The notes: generated by a model not told the origin, from the letters alone. A stretch of 63,962 nt of DNA, filler included, from Piptocephalis cylindrospora (GCA_003614145.1; 7 parts of 7 records of this genome joined end to end with filler, not necessarily neighbours in it), one strand, 5' to 3'. Counted from the whole stretch's first letter, positions 1 to 15,543 are shown. A program made the numbers and translations.

Positions 1-3000
1 GTTTGTATCTGGTCGTTGTTTGTCGTTGTTTGAGCCTGAAGGAGGGAAGTGGTGTTTTGGGTGTGTGCATGTGTGTTTGTGGGTTGTGATGGCAGAGAGG
101 ATTTTGAGTATTAGGGGGGGGGGGGGGGGGGGGGAGGAAGGGTTAGCGCAAATGAGTATATATCTCTCAAAAGAAAGATGGGAGTCCCATAAAACATGCT
201 CACTTACCTTTATAGGTCCGGGACGATGCTTTCAGTTGAATCCTAGTAAGATCCCTTTTCTCCCCTCATAAGAAGTTGCCTGCCTTTCTAATGGGGCTTC
301 AGGGGGAAAAGTGGGTAATGATTAAGGAATTCAGCTTACCTTTCCTTTTCCATTCAGATAAGTCATTTCCTGTTCTCCTCTCTATCATTTCTACACTTTA
401 CCTTGTGGATTCAGTCTTGGTGAACTGCTTGATAAAGCCAAGGTGAATGCTCCAGTCAACAAGATGATCTAGCCTGCGCGGTTGCTCGTACAAGACCTAT
501 GTCATTCTAAGGACATTGGTATGGCCTACTCCAATGTCGTGTCCCTCCTCTTCTTTATCCAGTCCCTATTTCTTATCATCTACGCTCAGTTCCCACATCT
601 TCCTTCCCGAACCCCTGCCCAACTCCCTTCTTCTCGTCCTTCCAACCTACCCCTGCTTTTAATCGCTTCTACCGCATTTTTCGTCTATATAGGCGCCACC
701 ATTGCCATACTGGTACTAGAGAAGTGACAGGCCTAGCTGCCACGCTTGGATTAGGATCCAATACAGTAGTTCGTGTCTCTTCCCCTGAGTAATAGGGAAA
801 GATCATCTTTATCTCTTGCGTTCGCCAATGCCTCATCTCCCTAGGCTGATCCACGCTGCATCTGAACAGTCGTGAGTGTTCATTAGTAAAATTTGTCTTT
901 CTAAGATCCCCTTTTTTAAACCTAGGGGTACTTAGAAGACCTTTACGCTGACCAGGAGAAGGATCAACCTCACGCAGATCCATCCAGCAGCACGACAATT
1001 TCTTTGGTTTTTGTTCTTCCTCATATATCATCCGATTTCCCTAAAAGCATCGATTCTTCCACATTATGAGGCATTGCCGTCGACGAAGGCTGCCTCGCAA
1101 CATATCCGTCTCCACCAGAGTTTTCAATATTCCCGAGCCGCAGAACTAAGCCGAGTTCTCTTGGTTTGGATAGGCCTGGTGATGACACAAATACGCTATA
1201 GAGTGCGGCTAAAGGAGGTGTTATCTCATACCTTCTATCCTAAGGATTTCATAAGTGTTCGCCGATAGCTGGGTGCGTCATCTGGTAGATATTACGATGA
1301 ATACCCCTGTAGGCTCGTCCAAATTTCAGTTACTTGACGGGAGTATTGAGATAATTTACATGGTCCAAATGATCAGCGACTCAGGGGGAAAGGTATGATG
1401 TGATGGCCTGAAGTTACTCCCGGGCGAATGCCGGTGGTATAAGCTCCACCCTGTCCCTTGCCTTGAATATGAAACGCAGTTAGGTTCCGAAGGGTAAATT
1501 CGAAGGATACTGGGAAACTAAGTCACGATAATCATCCTTATAACGGGCTAATACGAGATACTTAGAGACCTTCAACACCGTGATTCCTTTTAGTTGACCC
1601 ATTACTGAATCTTAACCGAGGAAACAAAAAGGTCTAGTAGGAGATTCTCTTCCCTACAGAAGGTATTTGAATGGGCCTTGAAAGCGCTAGACCCCATCAA
1701 ACAATGTAAACCTTTCCTCATTCTTACTTTGATTGATCTGCATAAGAGGCATGGTATAGAAAGTAAGTACTGGTGAATGCGTCGTCTCTGGATCAAAAAC
1801 GGTGGTTACCCTCATCTTACACGCATCTTGTCTTTTCGTAGGCTAGGATATTCAAAAACAAACACGGATTTTGCGGAAGAAACGTATGATTCGGATCAGA
1901 AGGAGCTGATGGATCTATTGGGATGAAGCAACCAATACTTGAAAGGTAGGTATAGTGAGCGTCAGCAATGGCATCCTCTTACATCTAGTATTATCCTCTT
2001 ACATCTAATATCCTCCGGACTTAGGAGCAATGGGAAGGGGAGAGAGGCCTCTGGGTCATCTGCAGGCACAGCTGAACACATGAGTCCCAGAATGAACTCG
2101 GCATATTTTCAAGCTCATCCTCTCGATCCATGTGGATAAGGACCCGACTACCAGGGAAGTTTATCACATTCGTGTCCAGGATTGCTGGTATGCTCTCTCC
2201 AACATCCCCTAATACCCCTGTGGTCTTGCTGGCAAGTTGAGTACACTTGATACTGGGATTTGAGCAGGGTGCATTTCCTTTGATTCGTCGGTGGCATCTG
2301 AAGGTTGTATGCGTACATGAAACAAAAGGCCAGGATTTCCCTCAAGAGCTATGGCCCACTGGAAGGTCTCGCGACGCTTCAAGACCTTGGCTAGCTCCCA
2401 GTCGATCAGACACAAAAGTCTATCGGCTATGGATAGAGCGGTCCACCATTATTCAGAGATAGGTCATCAATCTCATCACGCCGACCTAAAAAAGAGGTAT
2501 ACGCTACTGAAAGAATCTACAATGGACTAGGAATTATCGAGAAAGGACCCAGGAGAAGAAGGGAGGCGCTCGACAGCGCATTGTTGTTCAGGCTGAACCC
2601 ATAGAAACTGAAGATGTGAGCTGGGCCGCAATGGACTCACTTTAGAATTCTTCCCTTTTCCTAACCTTACGGATAGCACTTTTCAAGCTGGCATGATGGT
2701 ATTTTGATCAATTGCACTTTTTTTCATAAGGAGCGGGTACGAGGTCAAGCCAGGGAAGGAGGAAGAATGAGGGATGTATAAGAGGAAGACATGTTAAGGA
2801 TATTGTTATTATTATTATTAAGAGGGAAGAAGATGTGATGATATCAATAAGCGGTTAAAAAAAAGGGTCAAGATGGAAGGGGAGAAGAGATGAGAGAGTC
2901 GATGGAATCTTCCCTTACTGCCCCATTCGTAAGCCTAAATAGTCTTTTTCTTAGCCTATCGCTTGATTCCTCTTGGAGAACCTCGTGTTTAGATGATACG

Positions 3001-5161
3001 ATGCTTAGTCAGCCGATCATACCCTAACTAGCTACTAGCGCATACAATGCGCCCAAGAATACAACGACACAGGAGTCCCTAGTCGGTTCTTGAATCCCTG
3101 ACGAGCTTCCATATGGTAGAGTGTGATGGTACCCTCAGCCGTCCATTGGCCCGCCACCATAGATATTGGGCTGGAGGCTGCGTAGACTAGCCTTACATCA
3201 TCACTATCGGAAATGGCATAATGTGGATAAGACATGGAGTTGATGGTGTATGCAGCTCAAGGAAGGGTGATATATCGACAGTTTCTCATACTGGGAGGAT
3301 ACATCTTTAGAAGGGCAGTCATGCTGATTTCTCGTGTCTTCCCCTGAGCGCCGTAAAGCTTCAGCGCACCTTTCGTTCTGCTCAACCCTAGGGTTGGTGC
3401 AACAAGAGCACGTTTATTTTCTGATTCAATGGAACGTCTTCCCTGTCAGTGAGATCCAGCTCCGACCTCGTGGGATCTATGGCGTTTATGCGACCCCCCA
3501 ACCGTCATAGCTGCTTCATCTTTGTTATGTTTTGGCTTAGAAGAGGCTCAGTGGTTAGCATGCTCAGTCTGTTGTCATGTCCCACATTTCTCCACCCAAA
3601 ATACCAGGAGGCCAACATTACACTTCAGCAGGAATTGAAAGTAGGAGCTACCAATTTATCCATTCTATTGTAAGGGTACGACTGAAGGAAGCAGAAGAGT
3701 AGTAGCTAGTAGGTCGCGCTTGGAGTTCTCAGGTCTATATCGAGTTGGTAAATATGAAATGGAGTTTACGGTTTTATATGCTCAAGGAAGCCAAATGGTG
3801 TTGTTAGGGCTGAGAGTATCAGAGGAAGAGCGATTATCATTAATGTGCCCCCTCCTGTGAACATTACACACAATGTGATACCGCGCATACACATCGCCCT
3901 TTGGCTCCTGCTCCCCTTTTCATGGCATTGATACTGATGCCGCCTAAAACTCTTCTTTAGCTCATTGATACTGACATGGATACTCCTTAAAGATATTGTT
4001 TCGTCAAGCGAGAGGCACTGTTGGCACAGCATTATCCTTTCTATGAACATTGTATATGTCAGCGGCCTCTTTTGCTTGAGGACATTTTCATATCATTGCG
4101 GTCCAACACTTGGCGTCAGCTAATGGTTGATTGTAAGCCTCAGTGGAGTAGCATACATCAAGGTCTAGCTACCGGCTCTTCCCTAATTTCCAACTCATCT
4201 CTAGAATTCGACCCCGCACCAGATAAATTGCTCTTAACACTTTCAATATACAGTTCTTTTAGCAGTCACTGAAAATATAGATAGTTTGGCATTCAATCAT
4301 GCTTCTAAAGCTGAACCAGTAAGCAGAGTAATAGTATGCTCTTTTCCTTGTTTTTACGAATTTTCAATCCTTCTAAAGCCTTTTTAGTATATATTTAGCT
4401 TATTATCACCAAGTATTATTGATCAAAGAGCTGCTTTAGTGCCTTATTCAATGAGAAGAGACATAATATTAGAAAAGGAGCTTACATGGGAAGCATGCAG
4501 AGTATCAGATTATAAAATGACGAAAGTTCGCAATATGGAACCATCCCTATTGCCCCTGTCAGGGTCAGCCATGTGCCAGTGTAATATTCTTAGGATATCT
4601 CGATAGTGATCTTGAACAATTGGTCAGTACTATCCTTCTAATCCTTACCACCTATTTTCATATATGATACTCAGGGTATATATGCTATTCTCATCCCAAT
4701 CCTTTGTTCCAATCTTCAGTACATCGTTAGAATGATGTGCATGACCTAACCAGATCACAAGGCATACTCTTAGGAGGGCATTCCTTAGCATCCTGGCTTG
4801 TAGCGTATGCCATTGAAAGTATTGCTCTTGAAGATGTGGCTGCGGGGTTTAGCATACCTTTGGCCACATACTACACATATGGGCCCGGTGCAGTAAAAAT
4901 CGGTTTTTGGAACGCTGCGGAAAAAAAAAGAAAAAAGGAAACTGTGCACAATCTGCGCGGGGCGCCACCAGACTTACCAAGAACAAGAAATAGGTGAGCA
5001 TCGACCAGGCATTGACGCGTACTAAGGCCTCGTCAAGGGAACTCGCTTGTCCTTTTCTCCATCCTCTCTTCATCTTCCTTTTTACTCTCCTTTGGCGCCT
5101 TTCGCTTCCCTTCTTCCCCTGTCTTACCCCAATTTGCTCAGCACTGCTCGTTGCACCATCC

Positions 5162-7422
<2,261 letters not shown>

Positions 7423-8960
7423 AGGGAAGGGATTTGTTGATTTTCAGGCAGACACGACGAGGCTGGGCATTGATCTGGAAATGCCATCAGGTGTACCCGA
7501 ATGGGATGGAATGGGGTAGAATGGAATAGGGAAGTTGTTTATCTACTTACCTGGAGTTGCTCCGAGGCCAATATTAGTAGAGCAAATAATGTCATTGCGT
7601 TTATTGAAAAAGACGTGCACCTGAATGGTGAATAAGTATATTTTAGTAGTCAACTGAGATGGAACAACATAGCGTTGTGATACCAAGAACTAGATGGTCA
7701 TAATAGCCACACACTACGACACTCGATAAGATCGGTAGCAGCTGGGAGCACTAGACCCAGGACCTATATCTAATGAGTTTTGAATATCGATCTGCATAGG
7801 GAAGCCGTTCTTTGGGAGCATATGATAGGAGTAACTATAGGGGAGGAAAGCGGAAGTTGAGTGTAATTATTAGCAAACACATCTTCGCTTCATCCCTCCT
7901 ACATCGGTCACCTAATCAGGGTATATAATTATTATTTTCACCAGCCCCTATCTCCTCAGCTACCGCCATGAGATAGCCGGGATCTAGCTACATCTAACGG
8001 GCCGACTGAAGCATTGGTACTTGCGGTAGCAATTTAAGGAAGCCTAAGTGTCGGCTAAATCAGTGGTTTATATTGTTAGAAATATGGTTTAGTGGGTGGG
8101 TATAAACGGGTGAGGGGGTGAATTCAGATGTAAAGTGGCTTAATCTTCCAATGTATTGGGAATGTCAGTCGAAAGTCCAGTATTTTATAGAGGATCACCC
8201 AGGCGGGTGATTCTCTATATTCAGGACCATGCTAGGGTGTCCTTCTGCTGTCGACTCTTTTGTTATGATCATGAGGAGTCCTTTCTTACTTTGGTCCTTG
8301 TCCTTTGTTTCTAGGGTTCCCCACAGGCATTTCTTTCACGCGGAAGGCACAACGACTTCCCAGTCGTTACAATATTATAATTATACTATAAATTATTATG
8401 ACAGGGTTAAAAGCAAGAATTTGGGGTCTCTAAGCCATCGCCTGATCCTCCTTATATTGCTTCTCATTTTAAACACTCCCTCAAATGCGAAGAACAGGTT
8501 TGACTAAGTAGCATGTCATGATCATGCTGTCACACTAGGGGAGGTTCAAGTTAATTAGATATTAGCCTTTATGCTACTTGCTGTTATTATTATCGTCCAG
8601 CCTAATGTAATTCATTGTGAACCAGTATATCTCAAGAGAAGCATGCGTTGCAATATTCGGATTCAATAAAATGGTAGTACTTGAATTGATGATGCATCGT
8701 GTAATGGCGTGAAGCAACCAAAGAAATAGGAGTTCGGATGCCCAGCTGCCTACCCCACTGGGGAAAATAAAATGGTTTTATCAATCAATCAAGAAATGGG
8801 AGTGACTCACGGGACAATTATATGATCAAATTCAATTTCACGAACATATATAGACAGAAATTTATGAAAAAACTTGATTCTTTAGAAAATCAAAAGGGAA
8901 GAAGTGAATGATGGGTTGATGGGTGGGTTAGGCGATGGGAAATCATCAGGGTCCACTAGC

Positions 8961-9146
8961 TTATGCAGGCTGGCAGAGCCCCCAAATCACATCGCCGCCG
9001 GGATAGTGTTTGCACACACGGCCTGGGCCGCAATCCGGCCCTGCTGGGCTACATTCAACTGCCCCATCATCAGGGGTGGGGGAGGCAGCGACAATCAACG
9101 GCATGGCCAGCATGACGGAGACACATAGAATGGATACGAGCTTCAT
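8961..9146 (-). CDS. Small secreted cysteine-rich peptide (61 aa)
   Basis: Signal-peptide-like MKLVSILCVSVMLAMPLIVAA followed by a 40-aa mature part with 4 Cys; ACCATG start context; AT-rich 3' flank. Confidence 0.7.
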   Translation of the reverse strand: MKLVSILCVSVMLAMPLIVAASPTPDDGAVECSPAGPDCGPGRVCKHYPGGDVIWGLCQPA

Positions 9147-9173
9147 GGTAAGAGGGGATGGGGTGAGAGAAGG

Positions 9174-9273
9174 NNNNNNNNNNNNNNNNNNNNNNNNNNN
9201 NNNNNNNNNNNNNNNNNTTAATTAATTAANNNNNNNNNNNNNNNNNNNNNNNNNNNNNNNNNNNNNNNNNNNN
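9174..9273. other. Assembly linker (N-run/TTAATTAATTAA/N-run)
   Basis: 100-nt spacer with a six-frame stop linker. Confidence 0.97.
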
Positions 9274-9337
9274 TATCCTTCCCCCCTTTCCTTATAGTAG
9301 CCATTGGTACATTTGCCCCTCCCCTCCCAAAAGTACC

Positions 9338-11419
9338 ATGTCTCCCTCTACTTTCGAAATCCCTGGAATGGTCCTCACCTCCTCAAAAGAGGATCCCTCC
9401 TTCCCCGTCCCGTCACGGCTGCTCGGAGCCGACGCCGAGGTCAAGGACGACAACCCTAAGGGCTATCCCAGACCTACCCCCCATATCACTTCGACCGACG
9501 AATACCTTACCCTGTGGAAAGAGTCCATCACTCAGCCCGATGTCTTCTGGAGTCGCATGGCCAAGGACCTCCTCTCCTGGTCCAAACCCTTTACTCAAAC
9601 CCTGGCTGGGACCCTTGACGAGGGAAATGTTAGATGGTTTGCCGATGGCGAGCTCAACGCCTGCTACAATTGCGTCGATCGTCACGCCCTCGAGGATCCC
9701 TCCCGTGTCGCCCTCATCTACGAGCCCGATGAACCCAACGCCACCCAGCGTATCACTTATGGAGAGCTCCTGGCCGACGTGTGCCGTCTCGCCAACGTCC
9801 TTACCATAGATTACGGTCTTCGTCGGGGCGACACCGTCGCCATCTACCTTCCCATGATCCCTGCTGCAGTCATCGCCATGCTCGCCTGTGCCCGTATCGG
9901 CTGTCCCCACACCGTCATCTTTGCCGGTTTCTCCGCAGGCAGCGTCGCTGACCGCATCCACGATGCTCGATCCCGCGTCCTCATCACCTCCAACGAGGGT
10001 CGTCGTGCCGGTAAGGTCATTCCCCTCAAGGCCATTGCCGACACGGCCCTCGAATCCTGTCCCACCGTCGAGCACGTCCTCGTCTACGAGCGCTCCCCGG
10101 TCCCTGACCCCCTGCCCGCCGGCGTCATGACCGCGGGTCGCGACGAATTCTGGTCCACAGCCCTTCCCCGCCACAGGCCCTACTGTCCTCCGGTTCCCAT
10201 GTCTGCCGAGGATCCTCTCTTCCTCCTCTACACCTCCGGATCCACCGGTCTCCCCAAGGGTGTTCTTCACACTACCGGTGGCTACCTTCTCGGCGCCGCC
10301 TCCACCGTAAAATACGTCTTTGATGTCCATCCCGGCGATCGCTTTGGCTGTACTGCCGATGTCGGTTGGATCACCGGCCACACCTACATTGTCTACGGAC
10401 CCCTATCCCTGGGTATCGCCACCACCCTTCTCGAATCCGTCCCCACCTACCCCACCCCCGCTAGGTATTGGCAGTTGGTGGAAGAAGCCAAGCTCACTCA
10501 CTTTTACACGGCCCCCACTGCCATTCGCTCCCTCATCCGTCTGGGGGAACACTGGCCCTTTAACTCGGACCTTTCCTCCCTTCGCGTCCTCGGCAGTGTC
10601 GGGGAACCCATCAACCCCGAGGCCTGGTACTGGTACAATGACAAGGTTGGTCGGGAGCAGTGCGCCATTGTTGATACGTACTGGCAAACCGAGACTGGAA
10701 GCATCATCATCAGTCCCCTCCCGGGCGTGACTCACACCAAGCCCGGGTCCGCCACCCTCCCTCTGTGGGGCATTGACGTCGCCGTCCTCGATCCCCAGAC
10801 CGGGGCCGAACTCCAGGGCCGGGATGTTACCGGTGTCCTGGCCATCCGTCAGCCCTGGCCCTCCATGGCCAGGTCCGTCTGGAAAGATCATGCTAGGTAT
10901 CTCAGCACCTACCTCAAACCCTACCCTAGCTACTACTTCACCGGCGATGGTGTGTCCCGTGATCGTGACGGCTACTACTGGATTCGTGGCCGTGTCGACG
11001 ATGTCATCAACGTTTCCGGCCACCGCCTGAGCACTTCGGAGATCGAGGCGGCCCTCAACCAACACGACCATGTCGCCGAGTCCGCCGCCGTCGGCACCTC
11101 CGATCCCGTCACCGGTCAGTGCATCTTTGCCTTTGTCACCCTCAAGGACGATGATGTTACGGAGCAGCCCATGGCCATTGAGGTGAAGGACCTGGCCCTC
11201 AAGGTCCGTACCATGATCGGTCCCTTTGCCACGCCCAAGTGCATCCTCATTGTCCAGGAGCTTCCCAAGACCCGTAGTGGCAAGATCGTGCGTCGAGTCC
11301 TCCGAAAGATCGTCGATGGGGAGGCCGATAGCCTGGGCGATCTGAGTACTGTTGCTAACCCCGAGATTGTCCCTGAGCTCATCAAGGTCGTTGGCGTATC
11401 CGATCCCCGGAAAAAGTGA
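9338..11419 (+). CDS. ACS: Acetyl-CoA synthetase, intronless
   Basis: 693-aa ORF with [54 protein letters not shown]. Confidence 0.97.
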   Translation: MSPSTFEIPGMVLTSSKEDPSFPVPSRLLGADAEVKDDNPKGYPRPTPHITSTDEYLTLWKESITQPDVFWSRMAKDLLSWSKPFTQTLAGTLDEGNVRWFADGELNACYNCVDRHALEDPSRVALIYEPDEPNATQRITYGELLADVCRLANVLTIDYGLRRGDTVAIYLPMIPAAVIAMLACARIGCPHTVIFAGFSAGSVADRIHDARSRVLITSNEGRRAGKVIPLKAIADTALESCPTVEHVLVYERSPVPDPLPAGVMTAGRDEFWSTALPRHRPYCPPVPMSAEDPLFLLYTSGSTGLPKGVLHTTGGYLLGAASTVKYVFDVHPGDRFGCTADVGWITGHTYIVYGPLSLGIATTLLESVPTYPTPARYWQLVEEAKLTHFYTAPTAIRSLIRLGEHWPFNSDLSSLRVLGSVGEPINPEAWYWYNDKVGREQCAIVDTYWQTETGSIIISPLPGVTHTKPGSATLPLWGIDVAVLDPQTGAELQGRDVTGVLAIRQPWPSMARSVWKDHARYLSTYLKPYPSYYFTGDGVSRDRDGYYWIRGRVDDVINVSGHRLSTSEIEAALNQHDHVAESAAVGTSDPVTGQCIFAFVTLKDDDVTEQPMAIEVKDLALKVRTMIGPFATPKCILIVQELPKTRSGKIVRRVLRKIVDGEADSLGDLSTVANPEIVPELIKVVGVSDPRKK

Positions 11420-11762
11420 AGTGTGTGCGCGTGTGAATGAGAGAGCAGTCTTTATGAATACACAATACAAAAGTATTGAACCGATTCTAGTGGTATGATT
11501 ATCGCTACCGGTGGAAAGCAACATCCTCTTTCTTTCACTCTCTCCTCCCTCTAGACACGGTACAATTGGTACTGATTTGTCTAATAAAGGAAGTAACCCT
11601 CCCTTTTTTTCCCTACCCAGGGCACCATTACGTCTCACTCTACAAAGATGAATAACATACCCGAGTACAACAATCGCTAGAATCCTCCTCGTTGCGCCCC
11701 TCCCCTCCTCCCCCCTTTCCACCCCGCATGACACACACATCCCCGTATAGATCCACACTACT

Positions 11763-12356
11763 CTATTCCTTAATCGTACCCTCAGCAAAACTCACTTGCC
11801 GTATCTGATCTGTTACTTGATCCACCTCCTCCTTGCTGCCCTTTACGTCCTTGCTGGCCTCTTCATCCTCCTCACTTTCGCCCTCTTCATCGCTCTCGTC
11901 TTCCTCCTCACCTTGCTTCTCCTTCCTCACCCGCCGCGCCACTTGCCTCAAGTAGGATCGTCGCTGCCTCTCGTTCATCGTGGCCATTAGGGCCTCCTCA
12001 TCGCGTCGTTCGGCCTCGATCTCGGCATCGGTCTTGCAAGTATTAGGCATGATCTCATTGTGCTGTCGACACTTGGCGCATATTCCCATCCGGGTTGCGC
12101 AATCATTGCACGTTACATGGTACGCTTCCTTAATCTTCCGCTCCAGGCAATCCACACATTTTTTCGGCTGAGTTAGGGGCTTGTACTTCCGGAACCTCTT
12201 CCTCCACTCCACCATCTCCAGACACCTAGAGCACAGGCCGGTGATGGGCGTGGCCGTGATTTGCCTAGTCAGCTTGGAGTTTTTGTTGTGTTTGTACGCT
12301 ACCTCATTCTGGTATTTCTGCGCTCCTTTCTTGGCCCCTGACTTTCTAGAGCTCAT
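11763..12356 (-). CDS. C9orf85/DUF2039-like protein
   Basis: MSSRKSG...QKYQNEVAYKHNKNS, CSRC..EWRKRFRKYKPL, KCVDC, YHVTCNDC, ICAKC pattern; acidic tail. Confidence 0.85.
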   Translation of the reverse strand: MSSRKSGAKKGAQKYQNEVAYKHNKNSKLTRQITATPITGLCSRCLEMVEWRKRFRKYKPLTQPKKCVDCLERKIKEAYHVTCNDCATRMGICAKCRQHNEIMPNTCKTDAEIEAERRDEEALMATMNERQRRSYLRQVARRVRKEKQGEEEDESDEEGESEEDEEASKDVKGSKEEVDQVTDQIRQVSFAEGTIKE

Positions 12357-12816
12357 GGTGAGAGGGAATGGGGGGGGGGAGGGGATGAACAAGGATGGAG
12401 TGATGATGAATGACCCCCCAGACGCTTTCGATTCAGGTCAGTACGAAGGGAGGTTTTGAGATGATAGAGGGAAAAAGAAAAAAAAGTATGATGAAAATAA
12501 CCCACACATTGACCCAGCCGCTAAAATTTGGTGTGCACAGCCCTAGCCCATCTATCTATCCACTTGACTTAAACATTCAGAGTGCGTACACACGTCAAAC
12601 TGTGGCTAGAAGAAAAAGAAGAAAAAAACAAATTCACCAGCATACTGTGGCTTTTCACGAAGAGGCGGACACACACCCTGCCCAATGGCTTGCCACCGCT
12701 TAGTGAGAGAGGAGAGAGATATAGGCACTTGAGGGAATAGCCTTGACAAGAAGTTTAGGTCTAGTGAAGAAAGACCAGTTACATCTTCCATCCTTCTCCT
12801 CATCCCTCCCATCATC

Positions 12817-13756
12817 ATGCTCAGACGTCAAACTCGGCTACGTCAGGAATACCTCTTTAGGAAGAACAAGGAGAGTCAGGAGAGACAGGTGTTTGAGAGG
12901 AAGCAGCAGATCAAGCAAGCACTTCAAGGTAAGCTAGACTGTGTCTTGAAGGCCCATGTCCCTTTCCCCATCCCATTCTCAGCCCTTTTTTCTTCAACCC
13001 TACATAGAGGGAAAGCCTCTTCCAACGGAGATTAGGAAGGAATCAGAGGCCATCCGAAAGGAACTGCCTTACGATGAGGCCCAGGAGGAACTGGAGACCC
13101 ATGTGGATGATGAGTACGCTAGGGCTGGGGTACAGGATCCCAAGGTGGTGGTCACCACATCCAGGGATCCCTCATCTAGGCTCCAGCAGTTTGCCAAGGA
13201 GATGCGCTTAGTGATCCCAGGGTCCCAGAGGATCAATCGTGGTAACTACGTAATGAAGGAGCTGGTGCAGGCATGTAGGACCAACGAGGTCTCGGATCTG
13301 GTCATCCTCCATGAACACCGAGGTCAGCCGGATGGTATGATCATCTCCCATTTCCCCTATGGGCCCACCATCCACCTGACCCTGTACAACGTGGTTCTTC
13401 GTCATGACATCAAGGATCAAGGCACGGTTAGCGAGGCCTTTCCCCATCTGATCTTTAATCAATTTTCCTCCAAGCTGGGACAAAGAGTCATGAACATTCT
13501 CAAGCATCTCTTCCCAGTCCCAAGGCCCGACTCCAAGAGGGTCATGACCTTTGCGAACGAGGGTGACTTTATCTCCTTTAGACATCATGTCTTTTACAAG
13601 ACCGGTCCAAAGGATGTTCAGCTGGCCGAGGTGGGTCCTAGGTTTGAGATGAGGCCATATGAGATCAAGCTGGGGACCGTGGATCTCCCAGATGCCGATA
13701 CCGAATGGGTCCTACGGCCCTATCATCGGACGGCCCGGAAGCGGGATGTTCTTTGA
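12817..13756 (+). CDS. IMP4: U3 snoRNP protein Imp4 (Brix domain), intron 12929-13007
   Basis: MLRRQTRLRQEYLFRK, TTSRDPSSRLQQFAKE, LHEHRGQPDG, EVGPRFEM. Confidence 0.96.
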
Positions 13757-14656
13757 GTCATTGGGGGAGAGAAAGAAGAGAGAAAGAGAGAGAGAGAAAG
13801 AGAAAGCCTGTTGTTTTGTTGCAATGCACATCAAATTACCTTTTACAGCGTGAGGATAATAGGGAGCTTTCGCGTTGATTTGTATTTGGATTACTCCAGA
13901 TGTATTTTGACCGATCATTTACCTTAACCTTTTTATTATATAATTTTTAAATCACACAATGCATCCCTTCTTCTTGTGGTGTATTATTAGGGGACGGTTT
14001 AGCCAATGGAAAAACATCGTCTGTTCCATCTAAAAATACACTCAAGTTTCTGTCATCCCATCCGTAGGGTAGATCCAGGGGGAATTGCCAAGATAAGCCG
14101 TGTGTACATCTCTTTGATGCCCTTTGCTGTTGTTTTTGCATTCGTGTCCATAGCGTCCAATGTGACCCATCTTGGCCTCCTGCACGGCTAGAGCCCTGTT
14201 GAGGAGGAAATCAATCAGGTATCTCCCTCCCCTCTCTTGCAGTAGCATCCCAAGGTGACACAGCCTGCCGAGCCTTACGCAAGTCCAAGGGATTGTGTGA
14301 GAAGTGTATAGGCTGGCGGAGTTTCTCTCATAGACTTGACTTGGCCGTTGAAGCGGATCTGACTTGGCTTTCGGAGTGAACGGGTTGGCTGACCTTACTG
14401 GGGTTGGCTTGGTGATGACTGACTGGCGGATTACTGAGCGGACTGGCTGAGAAGGAGGAGGCGAGCGAGCGAGGGAGGGAGAGCAAGCTTCCCCTTCCCA
14501 TGAGGCGCCCAGCCTGCCTCGCTTGCTCTGGAAGAGGGGCGAGCAGATGGGACAGCCCAGTGGCGTTTGGGGAGGATGGAGGGACGCGTCAAGTACCCTC
14601 TCCCACCTACTCACTCACTCACTCACTCGCCCACTCACTCCCACCATCTCGTCAGC

Positions 14657-14664
14657 TATAAATA
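14657..14664 (+). promoter_or_regulatory. TATA box of the Q/G/P-rich gene
   Basis: TATAAATA about 115 nt upstream of ACCATG at 14774, followed by a CT-rich leader. Confidence 0.55.
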
Positions 14665-14773
14665 CCGCCCTCTACCCAGGCCTCTCCCCCCCACCCTTCA
14701 CTTCACCTCACCTTTCTCCCTACCCACTCACTCCGTCGTCCACCCCACTCTTCTCATCCCTCTGGCATCCACC

Positions 14774-15543
14774 ATGACCTACTCCCCTCCTCCCCAGCAA
14801 GGCTACCAGCAGCAAGGCCCCCCTCAAGGTCAGGGCTACCAGCAGCAAGGTCCTCCCCAGGGTCAGGGTTACCAGCAGGGTCCCCCTCAAGGCCAGGGCT
14901 ACCAGCAGGGTCCTCCTCAGGGTCAGGGTTACCAGCAAGGTCCTCCTCAGGGTCAGGGCTACCAGCAGGGACCTCCTCAAGGCCAGGGCTACCAGCAGGG
15001 ACCTCCTCAGGGTCAGGGCTACCAGCAACAGGGTCAGCAGAACCAGTATGCTCCCCCTCCCCCCCAGGGCCAGTATACCCCCCCCTCCCCAGGGACAGTA
15101 CACCCCTCCTGCTTCCCAGAACCAAGGCCAGTACGCTCCTCCTCCTCCCCAGGGCCAGGACTATCAGGGTGGCTACCAGCAGGGACCTCCCCAAGGCCAG
15201 TATGCTCCTCCACCTCAACAGGGTGGCTACCCCCCTCAAAACCAATCGGCTCCCCAGGAGGAGAAGGGCCTCTTTAGCAAGGTCACCGGAGCTTTTGGCG
15301 GGAAGAAGCACAATGAGGCCCAGGCTCAGGGAGGCTACGGTCAGCCCCCTCCTCCCCCCCCAGCAGGAGGCCGGCAAGTCCAGTGGTGTGGGTATGTCCG
15401 CCCTTGCCGGTCTGGCTGCTGGTGTCGCCGGCGCCGGTGCCCTCATGTTTGCCAAGTCCGAGTACGATGACTACCAAGACATGAAGGAGGATGCTGAAAA
15501 TTACAACAATGAGCATCCTAATCATCATGGTCATAATCATTAA
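14774..15543 (+). CDS. Gln/Gly/Pro/Tyr-rich repeat protein with a C-terminal Gly/Ala hydrophobic segment; two apparent +1 frameshifts in poly-C runs
   Basis: MTYSPPPQQGYQQ...; frame changes near 15080 and 15355 inside C-runs; the joined protein ends GMSALAGLAAGVAGAGALMFAKSEYDDY...HHGHNH. Confidence 0.75.
14816..15027 (+). repeat. Coding tandem repeat, 7 x about 30 nt (GPPQGQGYQQ)
   Basis: Units visible directly, differing mainly at synonymous positions. Confidence 0.95.

Noticed and set aside
9413..11788. Long antisense ORFs (322 and 461 aa) opposite ACS
   Set aside because: Shadow frames caused by strong C-ending codon bias; no protein motifs. The same applies opposite PRP8 and EMP24.
14816..15027. 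Regular 30-nt repeats as a CRISPR array
   Set aside because: No unique spacers; it is a coding tandem repeat in a eukaryote.
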